The notes under the pieces: generated by a model
Told to the model about the DNA's origin: nothing
The model's database searches: none
What the model saw: the letters and a program-made list of their open reading frames with translations, nothing else
Shown: in pieces, positions 1 to 12,884 of the stretch
Position numbering within the stretch: the stretch's first letter is position 1
How the letters are laid out: the number at the start of each line of letters is the position of its first letter
Program-made: the position numbers and the translations under genes
Origin: Octopus vulgaris
Lineage: Eukaryota
NCBI GenBank assembly: GCA_951406725.2
Contig: OX597819.1
Span: 15,252,001-15,316,000, forward strand
DNA length: 64,000 nucleotides
Direction: 5' to 3'

Positions 1-610
1 GTGGCACTTTTTCACACAGCTATTCACATCCATTTTCACCACATGCCCATACCAGCACAGTCATCTCTCTTGCACACCACATCTGATGCCTCTTAGGTTC
101 AACTTTTCTCTCAAGGTACTTACACTCTGTCAAGTATGCACACTGACATTACACATCCAGCGGAGCACACTGGCTTCATTACTTGCGAGCTTGCCCATGT
201 CCTCAGCAGTCACGGCCCATGTTTCACTGCCATGTAGCATGGCTGTTCGTACACATGCGTCATACAGTCTACCTTTTACTCTGAGCAAGAGGCCCTTTGT
301 CACTAGCAGGGGTAGGAGCTCTCTGAACTTTGTCCAGGCTGTTCTTATTCTAGCAGCTACACTTTCAGCGCATCCTTCCCCAGCTACTGTCTTTGTCAAC
401 TAGGTAACGGAAGCTGTCAACTACTTCTAATTTTTCTCCCTGGAATGTGGTGGAAGTTGTTCTCTGCGCATTGTCAGTGTTTATTGCACCCAAGCACCTT
501 CCACATACAAAAACTATCTTCCCAGTTAGCCTTCCTTTGATATTGCTGCACCTCTTATGTGTCCATAGCTTACACTGGGTACATCTTATAGAGTTTCTAC
601 CTACACCTTT
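1..610 (-). mobile_element. RTE-clade LINE fragment (C-terminal to RT), runs off window start
   Basis: Minus-strand translation ARIRTAWTKFRELLPLL..KGRLYDACVRTAMLHGSETW..LRWMCNVS, continuing to a WYGHVV motif near 40-55; typical RTE post-RT region. Confidence 0.85.
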
Positions 611-819
611 ACGGAGAGGCCTTTCACATAGGGTAGACAGACTGTGGACAGTTTATTGGTTTCATCCTCTCTTTCCTTCCTAATTGGAGTGGAGAGTATC
701 CTTTTGCGGGGTAGATGTTGCTTAATAGATTGTTACTTAGCTTGACCGTTTCTTCGTGGTGTGAATCAGGATCACTACTTGTTTTCTTTGCTCAATTCCA
801 AGTTCAATCCCAGGCATCG

Positions 820-1150
820 CTATCAAAACACTACAGAATGACAATTCCATCATAATACTTCCAGTGGACAACGGCAATGCTACCGTGACGATGAACAAGT
901 CTGGCTACTCTGAAAAATTGGCAAGTCTCACAAGTGATGGTAGCTACAGCAAAGTAAAGACAGACCCAACTCTGAAAACAGAGAAGAAGTTGTCACAGAT
1001 CTTCATCAACAAGGATCACTTTATACCAATGAAGTACAGACAACTGACCCAACACTACAGTAAACTACCACACATGTACCATCTCCCTAAGATTCACAAG
1101 GATGTTATTCTATTAAGACCCATAGTGAGCAGTAGTGTTTTGGCATAATG
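820..1150 (+). mobile_element. Penelope-like element (PLE) reverse transcriptase N-terminal fragment
   Basis: LQNDNSIIILPVDNGNATVTM..Y..DPT..YHLPKIHK..LRPIVSS matches the PLE RT signature (ADKG..V..; LPKIHK..PLRPIVS). Confidence 0.8.
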
Positions 1151-1322
1151 GAACAGAATCGACATAAGAAATAATCAGTCTACATATGTTTCAGTCTGGC
1201 CAGTTGGTGCACCTTGCTTCGGATCATCATGATTCGAACTACGTTGGATGTAAAAGAACCTCACAGTAAGACTGGAATTCATCAGGACAATATTTCTTAC
1301 ATATTGGTGATAGATAAGATGG

Positions 1323-1699
1323 GTGGAGGCGTAATGGCCCAGTGGTTAGGACAGCAGACTCGCGGTCATAGGATCGCGGTTTCGATTCCCAGACCGGGCG
1401 TTGTGAGTGTTTATTGATCGAAAACACCTAAAGCTCCACGAGGCTCCAGCAGGGGGTGGTGGTGATCCCTGCTGTACTCTTTCAACACAACTTTCTCTCA
1501 CTCTTACTTCCTGTTTCTGTTGTGCCTGTATTTCAAAGGGCCGGCCTTGTCACTCTCTGTGTCACGCTGAATATCCCCGAGAACTACGTTAAGGGTACAC
1601 GTGTCTGTGGAGTGCTCAGCCACTTACATGTTAATTTCACGAGCAGGCTGTTCCGTTGATTCGGATCAACCTCATCGTCGTAACCGACAGAGTGCTTCC
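1323..1699 (+). mobile_element. Full-length tRNA-derived SINE with 11-bp TSD
   Basis: A box TGGCCCAGTGG and B box-like TTCGATTCCC; AGATAAGATGG at 1312-1322 and 1700-1710; 3' half shared with the copies at 20285, 22996, 28344 and 29241. Confidence 0.85.
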
Positions 1700-1721
1700 A
1701 GATAAGATGGATGAGGACCGT

Positions 1722-2180
1722 CATCATCATCATCATCATCATCATCATTTAACGTCTGCTTTCCATGCTGGCATGGGTTGGACGGTTTGACTGAGGACTG
1801 GTGAACCAGAGGCTACACCAGGTTCAATATGACCTGGCGAAGTTTCTACAGTTGGATGCCTTTCCTAATGCCAACCACTCTGAGTGTGTAGTGGGTGCTT
1901 TTATGTGCCACCAGCATGAGGGCCAGTCATGCAGTTCTGGCAACAACCACACTTAAAGGTGTTTTTATGTGCTACCTGCACGGGAGCCAGTCTGGCAGCA
2001 CTGGCAACAACCACACTCGAATGCTGTATTTTCACGTGCTACCGGCACATGTGAGGTAAGGCAATGCTGGCAACAATCACACTCGAATGGTGCTTTTCAC
2101 ATGTCACCGGCACAGGTGCCAATCCGTGGCCCTGCAACGATCAGGCTCGGATGTGCTTTTAGCGTTCCACTGGCACATGG
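1722..2180 (-). repeat. (GAT)n-tailed dispersed repeat, probably the 3' UTR of an RTE LINE (about 20 copies in window)
   Basis: Conserved end ..CCCATGCYAGCATGGAAA..GACGTTAAA(TGA)n and internal GGAAGGGCATCCAGCTGTAGAAAC. Other copies near 18863, 21345, 23715, 23876, 26830, 28780, 36936, 41305, 42045, 45683, 48686, 50700, 52790, 54072, 56000, 58973, 59220 and 63068. Confidence 0.8.
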
Positions 2181-2295
2181 AAGGGCACAGAGATGGGGGG
2201 CTGGAGGTATTATGCAACGAAATCTTACTGTAATACTAAGATGTATTAGAAAAATATACTGTTATAGGTGTTAAAGGGCATAAAATAGTCACTTA

Positions 2296-2690
2296 AGGCG
2301 CAGGAGTGGCTGTGTGGCAAGTAGCTTGTTTACCAACCATATGGTTCTGGGTTCAGTCCCACTGCGTGGCACCTTGGGAAAGTGTCTTCTGCTATAGCCC
2401 CGGGCCGACCAAAGCCTTGTGAGTGGATTTGGTAGACGGAAACTGAAAGAAGCCCGTCGTATATATGTATATATATATATATATGTTTGTGTGTCTGTGT
2501 TTGTCCCCCTAGCATTGCTTGACAACTGATTCTGGTGTGTTTATGTCTCTGTCACTTAGTGGTTCGGCAAAACAGACTGATAGAATAAGTACTGGGCTTA
2601 CAAAGAATAAGTGACGGGGTTGAGGTGCTCGATTAAAGGCGGTGCTCCAGCATGGCTGCAGTCAAATGACTGAAACAAGTAAAAGAGTAA
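2296..2690 (+). mobile_element. tRNA-derived SINE family A (internal TA/TG microsatellite)
   Basis: Head GGCGCAGGAGTGGCTGTGTGG..GGTTCAGTCCC and tail ..GACTGAAACAAGTAAAAGAG; several near-identical copies in the window. Confidence 0.85.
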
Positions 2691-2874
2691 AGAGAGAGAG
2701 AGAGTAAGTAGAATAATGGGAACAAGCATGATTGATTTGGGGTATAAAGTATTAAGAAATAAAAGTTTGTTATAATATTTCAAAGTTCTTCAATATTGTA
2801 TAGTGAAATAGTAATTTAGAATGTATTTCATAGAAGAGTTATTATTATTATCATCATCATCATCGTCATTATTA

Positions 2875-3435
2875 TTGAGTGAGAGACCAGTGCCTACCAT
2901 CAAAGTGACACTGGGGTAAAATATACGAAGCCCAGTATACCCATCATGACTACCCGTCTGATAAGGGTACACCGGGCACATGCATCACAACCATATGTGC
3001 GCGACATGGTGATCTCATATCAAGATAAACAGCACATGACCTTGCATGTGGGGCCCAGTTAGAATTTTCTTCTGGTCAAGTAACCCATCCTGCTCAAAAG
3101 GTCCCTGAATAAGGGTTGTTTAAGGATGTTGAACGAACGAACCATGTTTCCAGAGGTGAATTATTCAAACCTGCAAGAATTCCTTTCAACACACGGTTAT
3201 GATGTTCCCCCACTACTTCTGCTCGTGATCAGAGATGCACATATCGTCAGCCACCAAGGGACATGGTCAAATGGTTAAGGTCAAAGAACTGACTAGCAAA
3301 TCTGTAGTATTGAGCAGAATATTTGCTGTAGCCCATCCTATTATACCAAGACAAAACAATGTACATGATAACACTTCCAATCAGTTAAGATCAGAAGCCA
3401 TGAGAGTCACTGCCTGGTACTGCATCAGGGCATAT
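2875..3435 (-). repeat. Unclassified ~560-bp interspersed repeat embedded in an (ATT/ATC)n tract
   Basis: More GC-rich block bounded on both sides by ATT/ATC trinucleotide runs; minus-strand 3' end has several short hairpins then (AAT)n. Single copy here, so weakly supported. Confidence 0.4.
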
Positions 3436-3477
3436 TATTATCATCATCATCATCGTTGTTGTTGTTGTTGTTGTTGT

Positions 3478-4558
3478 TTATTTAGCCTTTCTATGGATTA
3501 ACAGATACATTCCATTAATCAGAGAAAAAGTATGAGATACTTAAAAAATTACATGTAGAGGAATTTAAATATTTTTGCTAACAATTAAAAGATATGATGT
3601 AGTTTTAATTTTTAAAAAACCGCAACGTATTTCTAAGGCATAAATTGTAAATAAGAATAAAGAGTAATCTCCCTTCGTTCATGTGGTTAAATTGTATCTT
3701 TAGATACAATTTAACCACAATTTGTAAATGATGTAGATATATATATATACATACATACATACATACACACACATACATACATACATATATACACACATAC
3801 AGACGTACATACACACATTCATGCATACATACATACATACATACAAATATACATACATGCATACATAAATACGTACATACATACATACATACATACACAC
3901 ATACACACATACATACATACATGCATACATAAATACGTACATACATACATACATACACACATACACACATACATACATACATACACACATACACACATAC
4001 ATACATATATACATATATATACATATATTTATATATACGCGTGGAATTTTCTAGGATATATATATATATATATATATACCACAATAATACATTTACTACC
4101 AACATAATTACCTATTTATAACAATGATATTAATATGGTTCTTTAATAATATTTTGAAATCTTTTATTTTCTAAAATATTATAAACTAACATCAATAACT
4201 ATCCAAATATTCACCTAGAAAATTCCACGTGTATATATAAATATATATCCATACCATTCACAAATTTTATAAATATATTTCTCTAGTCAAACAAATGATA
4301 ATTTTCATCGTAATTATCTACAGATACAATTTAACCACAAGAACGAAGGGAGATTACTCGTTATTCTTATTTACAATTTATGCCTTAAGAATACGTAGCG
4401 GGTTTTTTTTTATATAAAACTACATCATATCTTTTAATTGTTTGCAAAAATATTTTTAAATTCCTCTTAGAACTAAATTCATTACAATCTTTTACGTATC
4501 TCATACTTTTTCTCTGATTAATGGAATGTTTCTGTAAATCCATAGAAAGGCTAAATAA
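3478..4558. mobile_element. Fold-back/MITE-like element with ~220-235-bp inverted arms
   Basis: 3478-3700 (TTATTTAGCCTTTCTATGGA..) is the diverged reverse complement of 4322-4558 (..TCCATAGAAAGGCTAAATAA). Confidence 0.75.
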
Positions 4559-5024
4559 TATAATAAAAAAAATAATAATGATAATATATTTATGTGTGTG
4601 TGTGTGCATATATGTATATATATGTGTGTGTGTATATATATATATGTGTGTGTGTGTGTATATATATGTATGTGTGTGTGCAAATATGTATATATATGTG
4701 TGTGTATATATATGTGTGTGTGTGTATATATATATATGTGTGTGTGTGTGTATGTATATGCATATATATGCATACATATATATGTGCATATATGTATGTG
4801 TGTATACATTCGATCCTTTTTCCAAGAAATCTAATGCTCGCAGCTTAGTTTTTCCTTGGGGCTGGCCGGATCGGAACGATATCAGGATTAATCAGCCGAA
4901 ATTGCGAGGATGATCCGGTTCCTGACTGAAGATTAGAGGCTTCGAATGACCCGTCCGTTTTTTGTGTCGTCTCTTTGTGTGTTTTGCGTTCTTGTCCCAT
5001 TTTGTATTTTTATATATAATTTTT

Positions 5025-5060
<36 letters not shown>

Positions 5061-5396
5061 CAAAATAAGGAATAGGATATCCTGAAGTGATGACGTACGG
5101 CCGTTTCAAGTGTTGGTGTGAATGTGCGAGTGACAGGACTGTACACGGAAATTTTGTTTCAGAAAAGTGCTTCTTACTTGCTGTCAATTCGTTGGATTAA
5201 TCCCAACAAAATACTTCAAGTTTAGTCACTGGCTCAGCCACCATGTTTGTGTTCTTCATTCCAAAATAATAAAAACTTTAACATACTTCCAAAATGGGAC
5301 TTCATCCATGTGTAACTGCATGCATATATGTGCAGGTTCCTGTGTGTGGGAGGTAGCATGCAAGAAAAACATTTATCTTTATATGCCATACTTGTA

Positions 5397-5795
5397 TTCT
5401 TTTATTCTTTTATTTGTTTCAGTCATTTGACTGTGGCCATGCTGGAGCACCGCCTTTAGTCAAGGCAATCGATTCCAGAACTTGTTCTTTGTAAGCCTAG
5501 TACTTATTCTATCGGTCTTTCTTGCCGAACCGCTAAGTGACAGGGACGTAAACACACCAGCATCGGTTGTCAAGCGATGTTGGGGGGACAAACACAGACA
5601 CACAAACATACACTCACACATATATATATATATGATGGGCTTCTTTCAGTTTCCGTCTACCAAATCCACTCACAAGGCTTTGGTTGGCCCGAGGCTATAG
5701 TAGAAGACACTTGCCCAAGGTGTCACTCCGTGGGACTGAACCCGGAACCATGTGGTTGGTTAGCAAGCTACTTACCACACAGCCACTCCTGCGCC
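5397..5795 (-). mobile_element. SINE family A copy
   Basis: Reverse complement of 2296-2690 over its full length. Confidence 0.85.
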
Positions 5796-6507
5796 TATAA
5801 TACCAAAGTGTGTATCAAATGAAATTAAAATCCTGGTTCAATGACAGATTGATCAAGTTGGTAAAGTTTTGGGCGCTGTTTGGACCCCGTTGTATCCACC
5901 ACTATGATTGGTTGGTTTTGGCACATTTTGTCTCTTAAGCTGTCGTGCCAATATGCAATCTAACCAATTGCAGCCTCTGAACAGATCACGTGAGACAGTC
6001 TGTTCTCAACTCCAATTTTGAGCCTACCATTACTTATAAAAACTCAACTTCTCCACGTCTTGGAGTCTTTTGGTTCCAGACCTTCTAGGGTCTAGCCACT
6101 GACCACACAACACAGCCAGTTCCAGTGACGATGCCAGACAATACCTGTCCAACAGCATTACAGCAAGCTCCATCTTTGTCGCCACCATCATGTCTCTCAC
6201 GAACATTGTCAACAACATCTCTTTGTACACAGCACATGCAACACTGCACAGGTTCTAACATAGCACTGTTGGTGAACTACTTCACCATGGTTAACAGCAA
6301 ACATACAACCAACACAGATGCAAATCTACTCGGTTGTGTCTCTCTTTTCCAACTGGGACATCATATGTATTATTTCAGCTTCCTGATATGAGTTGGTATA
6401 GATGGTATCACTACACGCACCACGGACCACTATCTATAATGGTGACCATGACCAGCTGTATTCTTTATGGCTGTGCCCTAGCATGGCTGCAGTCCCAACT
6501 CATGCAC

Positions 6508-6542
<35 letters not shown>

Positions 6543-6624
6543 GTGATTGAATAAATAATGATTATGTATTTTAGAAATATTACATTTCTAAATCTCTCAG
6601 AGAGACTTATACAGTAGCAATATG

Positions 6625-6859
6625 ATAAAGTGATGGTTTCTTGCCAACTTAATGTGGCAGTGCCAGGGAAAGGGAAGAATGCTGCTGCTATTTAGCCCAG
6701 GAAACACCGTTTCCAGTTGGCTACATAACATAAGCGTTCTGTGTCCTTGAGTTTTCAAACAGGGGAGATAAGCACCTTTCTCCCCAGTTTGAAAACTTAA
6801 GGACACAGAATGCTTGTATCAAGTAGCCACATTAAGTTGGCAACAAACCATCACTTTAT
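6625..6859. repeat. Long fold-back (nested inverted repeat)
   Basis: Outer arms 6625-6658/6826-6859 and inner ~50-bp arms 6719-6768/6779-6828. Confidence 0.8.
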
Positions 6860-7499
6860 GTATTGGTTTGCAAGATTCCTGATGTTGAAATCATGTTGAA
6901 ACACTGATATTGTAATATTTCAGGATGGTCTCTTTTTCTTTTTTTTTTTTTTTGCCAAATAAACACACACTATATTTATTCATTCTGCACTTCAGTTTTA
7001 TTATTGTTCTTATTTTAGTGTTCTGTTCTGTTTAGAATAGGAGACACATGGGATGGAGAGTTGCTGAAGAGGTCACAGGAGAAAGGACAATGAAATAAGA
7101 GCAGTAGTGGAGCTGAAGTGAAAAATGAATATATAATGTGTGTTTATTTAGCAAAAAAAAAAAAAATGATAATCCCAAAATATAGCAATAAATAATACTA
7201 GCATTTTAATCTGATATATTTTTATGTGTTTGTTGCTCTCTCTCTCTTCCAATCACCAGTGACTACCAATTGGTGGGGTTGCCACCACTTTAACCTTATC
7301 CATTCTTGGTGGTGGAGGCATGCGTCAAATGACCAAGAGATCTGTTTGGTAGAGCGACCTTGTGACAACAGATCAACCTTTGACCTCTCATTCTCCACCA
7401 CCTTTGCTATGCACAAGAGAACCTTCTCCACCTCGGGTTCCAAACGGAATTAACCCTGCTAACCCCACCACTCCTACAGCTATTAACCCTCCCTCGGCA

Positions 7500-10400
7500 C
7501 CTCTGAACTTCTGATCTAGTGCCACCATTGGAACCACCGCTGCTTGCTCTTCCTCCTCTGTTAATTCATTTCCTCCAATGCTGGCCCGCTACAGTTGGTC
7601 GATGCCAGCTCACCACCTGACTGTGCTCTCTGTGCTTGCACTAGCTGATACCTAAAAACAATTAATTGTCACCTGTGCCACCAAAATCATCACAGAAGCT
7701 GTGTCCACATCACCAAGGCTCAAGCCGAAAGGCTTCCATACTGGATCTGTAGTCAGTGCCTATTTCTTTACTGCCCACAAGGGGCTACACACAGAGGGGA
7801 CAAACAAGGACAGACAAATGGATCAAGTCGATTATATCGACCCCAGTGCATAACTGGTACTTAAATTACCAACCCCAAAAGGATGAAAGGCAAAGTTGAC
7901 CTCAGCGGAATTTGAACTCATAACGTAAAGACAGATGAAATACGGATACACATTTCGCCCGGCGTGCTAGCTTTTCTACCAGCTCTCCGCCTTCATCCAC
8001 TTCAGCTCTGACACACACCGTGGAGATGCCCCACACTCTGACAACCAGCTCTCTACTGACGACTTTGCTGCACCCCTCCAGGATTTATCCAAATCGAAGC
8101 TCATTAATCAGATCCCTAAGGGAACCTGGAATAGCTTTGCTCGTGAGCCCTCCAGTTTGTTGAAAAACGTATGTTTATCCAACAATACATCTGACTGGCA
8201 GAAACTGTCTCTGCTCCCTCTCATCTCTCTCTTCACATGCACAATGTGAAATTGAGCTCCTTTGCATCCTTTCTCAAGTGACGGTTTCAGTCATCTGGGT
8301 CCACCACAACCATTTCTCACCTCAATTTGACATCAAGCTTGGTGCCTACCAACAGGCAACTGATAAATTTCAAGCATTCCATCAGTGCCAAATACAGCAT
8401 ATTTGACATTAAAGAGGCTGTCCATCTCCTCTCTTCTCTATCCCCTCTCTGTGTAACTCTTAGTCTCTTAAATGTCTGAAAGAGAAGCACCTATTGGCAC
8501 CCCCAGATAATCAGCCAAAATGGCCCCAACCCCCCCAGAATACTTGAGACCAGTCTTCACCTCTGATAACATCAGAAAGGCAATTTCATCCTTCCCTGCT
8601 TGTTCAGGTGTGGGAATTGACAGCCTTTGGCCTCAACACCTCCTTATTGGGCCAGTGATGCTGGACTTGAGCTCTTGTAAAGTTTGACTCAGTTTGGGAA
8701 CCAGTTCTCTTCAGTGAACATTCTCCCCAATATCCACCCACTGTTCTTTGGTGCAAAATTATTTGGGCTCACCAAACCCAATGGAAACCTGCGCCCTATT
8801 GTGGTCGGCTTCACCCTTTGTCATCTCACACTGCAAAGCTGTACTTACAATTGGTCTCTAGCTTCTTGGATGAGGAATTCCCCCCACCCCACTCAGCTAG
8901 GAGTGGGCACCAAATTGGGATGTGAAGCTGCTGCCCATGCTACCAGAGCTTTTGCCAACTTGCCTTCCTTGTCACCCAAGGTCATCCTCAAACTTGACCT
9001 TAAGAATGCCTTCAACTCCATAAGCCGCATTGCTGTCCTCAGCTCAGTAAGAGAGGTCCCACAACTTTACCGCCTTGCATGGCAGGCTTATTGGGAGCTC
9101 TCCTACCTCTCTTTTGGTGACCAAATCATCACCTCTGCCTCAGGTGTCCAACAGGGTGACCCACTTGGGCCCACTCTGTTTGCACTGGGAATTGATGACA
9201 TTACCAAAATGGGGGTTGAGCAAAACCTCGTCTGGTATCTCGACGATGCTTGTTTGTAGGGACCTCTGGACAGGGTTCTCACCATTGCAAACAAGATGGT
9301 TGAGGAGCTTGGTGGTTGGAGTCTCCAAGTAAACAGTTCCAAATGTGAGCTCTGGACCCTCATCCACTCGGCTTCTCAACATCAACAAACTACAGAGCTA
9401 TTTACAGAGTTCTTCTCTTCCACTTTAGTCCTTCCCTCATCAGTTTGGTGCTCCTTATGGACCCCAATTACTGACCTTGCCTTCAAGTTCATCTTCCAAT
9501 TGAAGGTTGCTAAAGAATATTGAAGCAATTGAACCCCATCAAGATTTCTTCATACTTAGAAATTACAGCTCCTCTCACCAATTCCCTAATCTTTGAGAGA
9601 CTCAAATGCTTGGTCAATGTTAGACTCTCTCCAACATCCTGCATTGCTCAAGCGATTTGGGGGTCTTGGTCTTTGTAAGTGTTCATCCCTCTCTCTCCCC
9701 TGCTTCCTTTCCTCTACCCACACTTGCTCCACCCTGATGAGCAACATCCTCTACTCGGACCAGTTCCAACAGGGAGTTGGATAAAGCTCTCCAACACTGG
9801 AAGGAATTGGGCTTGTCTGCACCTGAGAAGGTGGAGAACTGTCAGAGTCAGAGAGCTTAGAACAACATAATTTCGAAGGCCACCTTCGACTCCCTCTTCA
9901 TCCAGTCAGACCAGTTTTCAAGGTGCCGCTTACTGTCTGCTAGCGCCAAATACTCAGGTGACTGGATTAATGCCATCCCTGTGGCTAACGTTGGTGGCCT
10001 ACTCAGCTTGGACGAACTTTGTGTCTCCGTTGCCCTCAGAGTGGGAGTTAACGTATGCATGGGTTTGAGCTGTCGTGGCAAGCTCCTCAACTCCACAGTC
10101 TTTCTTGCTGCATGAATGCTGGTTGCTTCATGCATCACACAAAGTTAAACTTTATACTCAAGAGGAGCTGGGCCCGGACAAACATCCCCTCCATCTTGTA
10201 ACCACCTGGGTTGTCCAGATGTGATGGGAAAAGACCTGATGGTCTCGTCCTGTGCCTCTGGTTGAGAGACAGATGCCTTGCCAGGGCAAGATTCACAGCT
10301 TCTGCGGCCGGCCAAGCGGAACAAAATCACGAAATTCTGCAATCTGTTGGCAAACCACATTTTCCATCCTATGGCATGTGAGACATTTGGTGGGGTTGAA

Positions 10401-10640
10401 CCACTGACTGCGAGATCCCTGTCTTCAGTGGCAGCTCGCCTAGCAGAGGTAACTGGTGAAGTTCGTGAGGGCGCTTGGTTGTTTCAGCGCATCAGCCTCG
10501 CCATCACCTGCGACCATGCTGGTGTGCCTCAAAAGTCGTTTGAGGTTTCCCAGCGCCCCAAGGTTTTTACCCTGAGGTGGTGAATTGTTTTTTTCTTTTT
10601 CTTCTCACTTTTATGTATATATTTAAGTATAAATAAAATT
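7500..10640 (+). mobile_element. Degenerate CRE-clade non-LTR retrotransposon (PHD-like finger, RT, restriction-like endonuclease)
   Basis: CHLCHQNHHRSCV..WICSQC at ~7665-7760. RT motifs LRPIVVG, QLGVG..GCEAAAHA, KLDLKNAFNSISR, SGVQQGDPLGPTLFALGI, WYLDD at 8684-9259; FGGLGL; RPDG and CETFGG..LFQRISLAI near 10230-10510. Many stops and frameshifts; 5' boundary uncertain. Confidence 0.85.
7759..7993 (-). mobile_element. tRNA-derived SINE family B inserted in the CRE element
   Basis: Matches the family B head GGCGGYGAGCTGGCAGAAACG..GAGTTCAAATTCC and tail ..AAAGAAATAGG; other copies at 36626, 51603, 54417 and 57945. Confidence 0.85.
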
Positions 10641-10999
10641 ACCCAGTGCAGATCCTGGTCTTATATAAGCTACACACAAAGATTCAACCTAGAGCTAAGA
10701 AAATTTGAACTTATTTTTGTCTTGTTTACTGATTAGCTATTTTATTATGATTTAAAACAAATCATTTTGGCGATCCCTTCCCTCTAAAACTGATAAACTA
10801 TTCAACCAAGGCCACATCATCAGAATCAAGTATAAAGTCATGGTAATAAAGTCAATGGGGTTTTGTCTTAGGGGTTGGGGTTGTCCAGATCCCATAAATT
10901 AATTGTGACTTTATTATCGGCCACCCACCACATCAGAAAATGGCTTTTGAGTTTAATATTGAATTCGCAACTGTGAATTGTGGTTTTAACGATATGACT

Positions 11000-12884
11000 T
11001 TTCTTATAGATTCTTTCTCTTAAATTCGTTTTTATAAACGAAATTTAATGACCATATTTTTTAAAATGGTAAATTACATTCAGAATAATTATTTTATAAA
11101 ATATTTGACACGAAATTAGAAGAAAATAAGTCGAAAGATCCCTTGTGACGGTAGGAATGAACATGAATCATTAATTAGACTTAAAGAAATCTGAACGTAA
11201 TTGCCTAGAAATTTTTATTAAATTATTATTTATTTAATGAAGTGTATAAAAATAATGTAACAGGTTATTTGGGGGAATTTTCTAAAAATTAAAGTACATC
11301 GCTTACGATGTCGAAAAATGTAACCCGTGATGGCAATTGCCCGTATTGTAATAGAAGTAAATATTAAAAAAAATATTGATAAAAAATACTTTGATCTGAA
11401 AAAATTCTTTTCATTGAATAAAAAAATAATTGTGACATAAAGGAAATAAAAAATTTAAGTATTTCAAATATTTTACTCGAAAATATTCGTTTTGCTCGAT
11501 ATTGTCGTAGAGTGACGAGGAGCGGGGTTTGTTGTTGAGAGAAATGACGGGAACGGACGGAGATATAAACTTTTTTTAATTACAATAGAAAACTATGCAA
11601 ATATACATAAATGTGTGTATGTTATATAAAAAGAAGCTAAAAAAATACAGAAGGACAAATACGAGAAAAGGGGGAAAATAGGAGGCCGATATGATAAGGC
11701 GAGAAGGAAGAGGAAAGACGGTATTAGTTATGGAGGGAAAGTGGATAGAGAGAAGGTGTGAGAGAAATAGAGAGAGAAGGTGTGAGGGTTAGAAAGAAAT
11801 ATAGAAAGGAAGAGAAAATGATAGAGAGGACCAAATATAGAAAGTTAGAACCGGGTTAGGATGTTTGAGAGTGATGAAGGGAGAGAAGAGAGAAAGAAAG
11901 AAAATGAAATAGAGAGAAAGTTTGAGATAGATGGACAGAAATATATATATTTAGGTAGATATAGAGGGGAGAATTAGATAGAGAGGGAAAGACAAAGAGT
12001 ATAGGATACATATATATAGAAAGAGAGAGCATATTAATTGTAAAATAGAGTTGAATTGAAAGAGTAATTGAGTGATAGAAAGAGAGAGAGAGGTAGTGGT
12101 AGGTTGAAGAAGAAAGACTAATGGGAAAAGTTGGGGTAAAAAAAAAAGAGAAAGACGAACAAGAAAGTGTGAAAAACAAGAAAACTAAGTGAGTGTTGGT
12201 AGTGATATATTAGCCATTAGGGAAGTATATTATAGAAGTACGAGTGTGTCAGTTTTGTCGTTTAACTGAGATATTAAACATAGGCAAAAAAAACCTAACA
12301 GGGTGTTGTATATACACACACATATATATATGCAGTATTATAGGTGTGTATATAACTTATACAAGCACACATTATATAATAACTAATACAAGAGAGAATT
12401 AGAAGCGTATCGGATAATAAATCTGTGATATTTTTTGCTAAATACTTTCCTCACCTCCTACGTGTGTCGTCTTTATTTCAGGACGAAGACGACATTAGGT
12501 GGAGGTGTTAGAAAAAAACTGTTAACGTTGTTAGTTTGTTAATATTTCCCCCTCGAATACAATCTTTACTGGTCGTCATTGACAAGGATTTTTACAATAC
12601 AACAATCCCTCTGTAACTGGACTATAACACATATATATTATAGCACTATATATATATATATTTTTATATATAGTACCGTACTATATATACATAGTACTGT
12701 AGCTTCTACGTCTGAACGTATATAGATATATAGAGAACTAAGGAGGATACAAGAAAGGGAGAAAGTGGGACAGCATATATATATAGATATATATCTGGTG
12801 ATATCTCTCTGGTGAGTGTATATATATGTGGGAGTGTATGCGGGCGTGTGTATATTAGTGTTCAGTGATTCTTGTGGAGTGAAC
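11000..12884 (+). promoter_or_regulatory. Putative GGNBP2 promoter / 5' UTR region
   Basis: Free of recognisable transposons and CpG-retaining, directly upstream of the ATG exon; GA-rich tract 11690-12180; possible acceptor CTTTATTTCAG ending at 12481. TSS not determinable. Confidence 0.35.
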
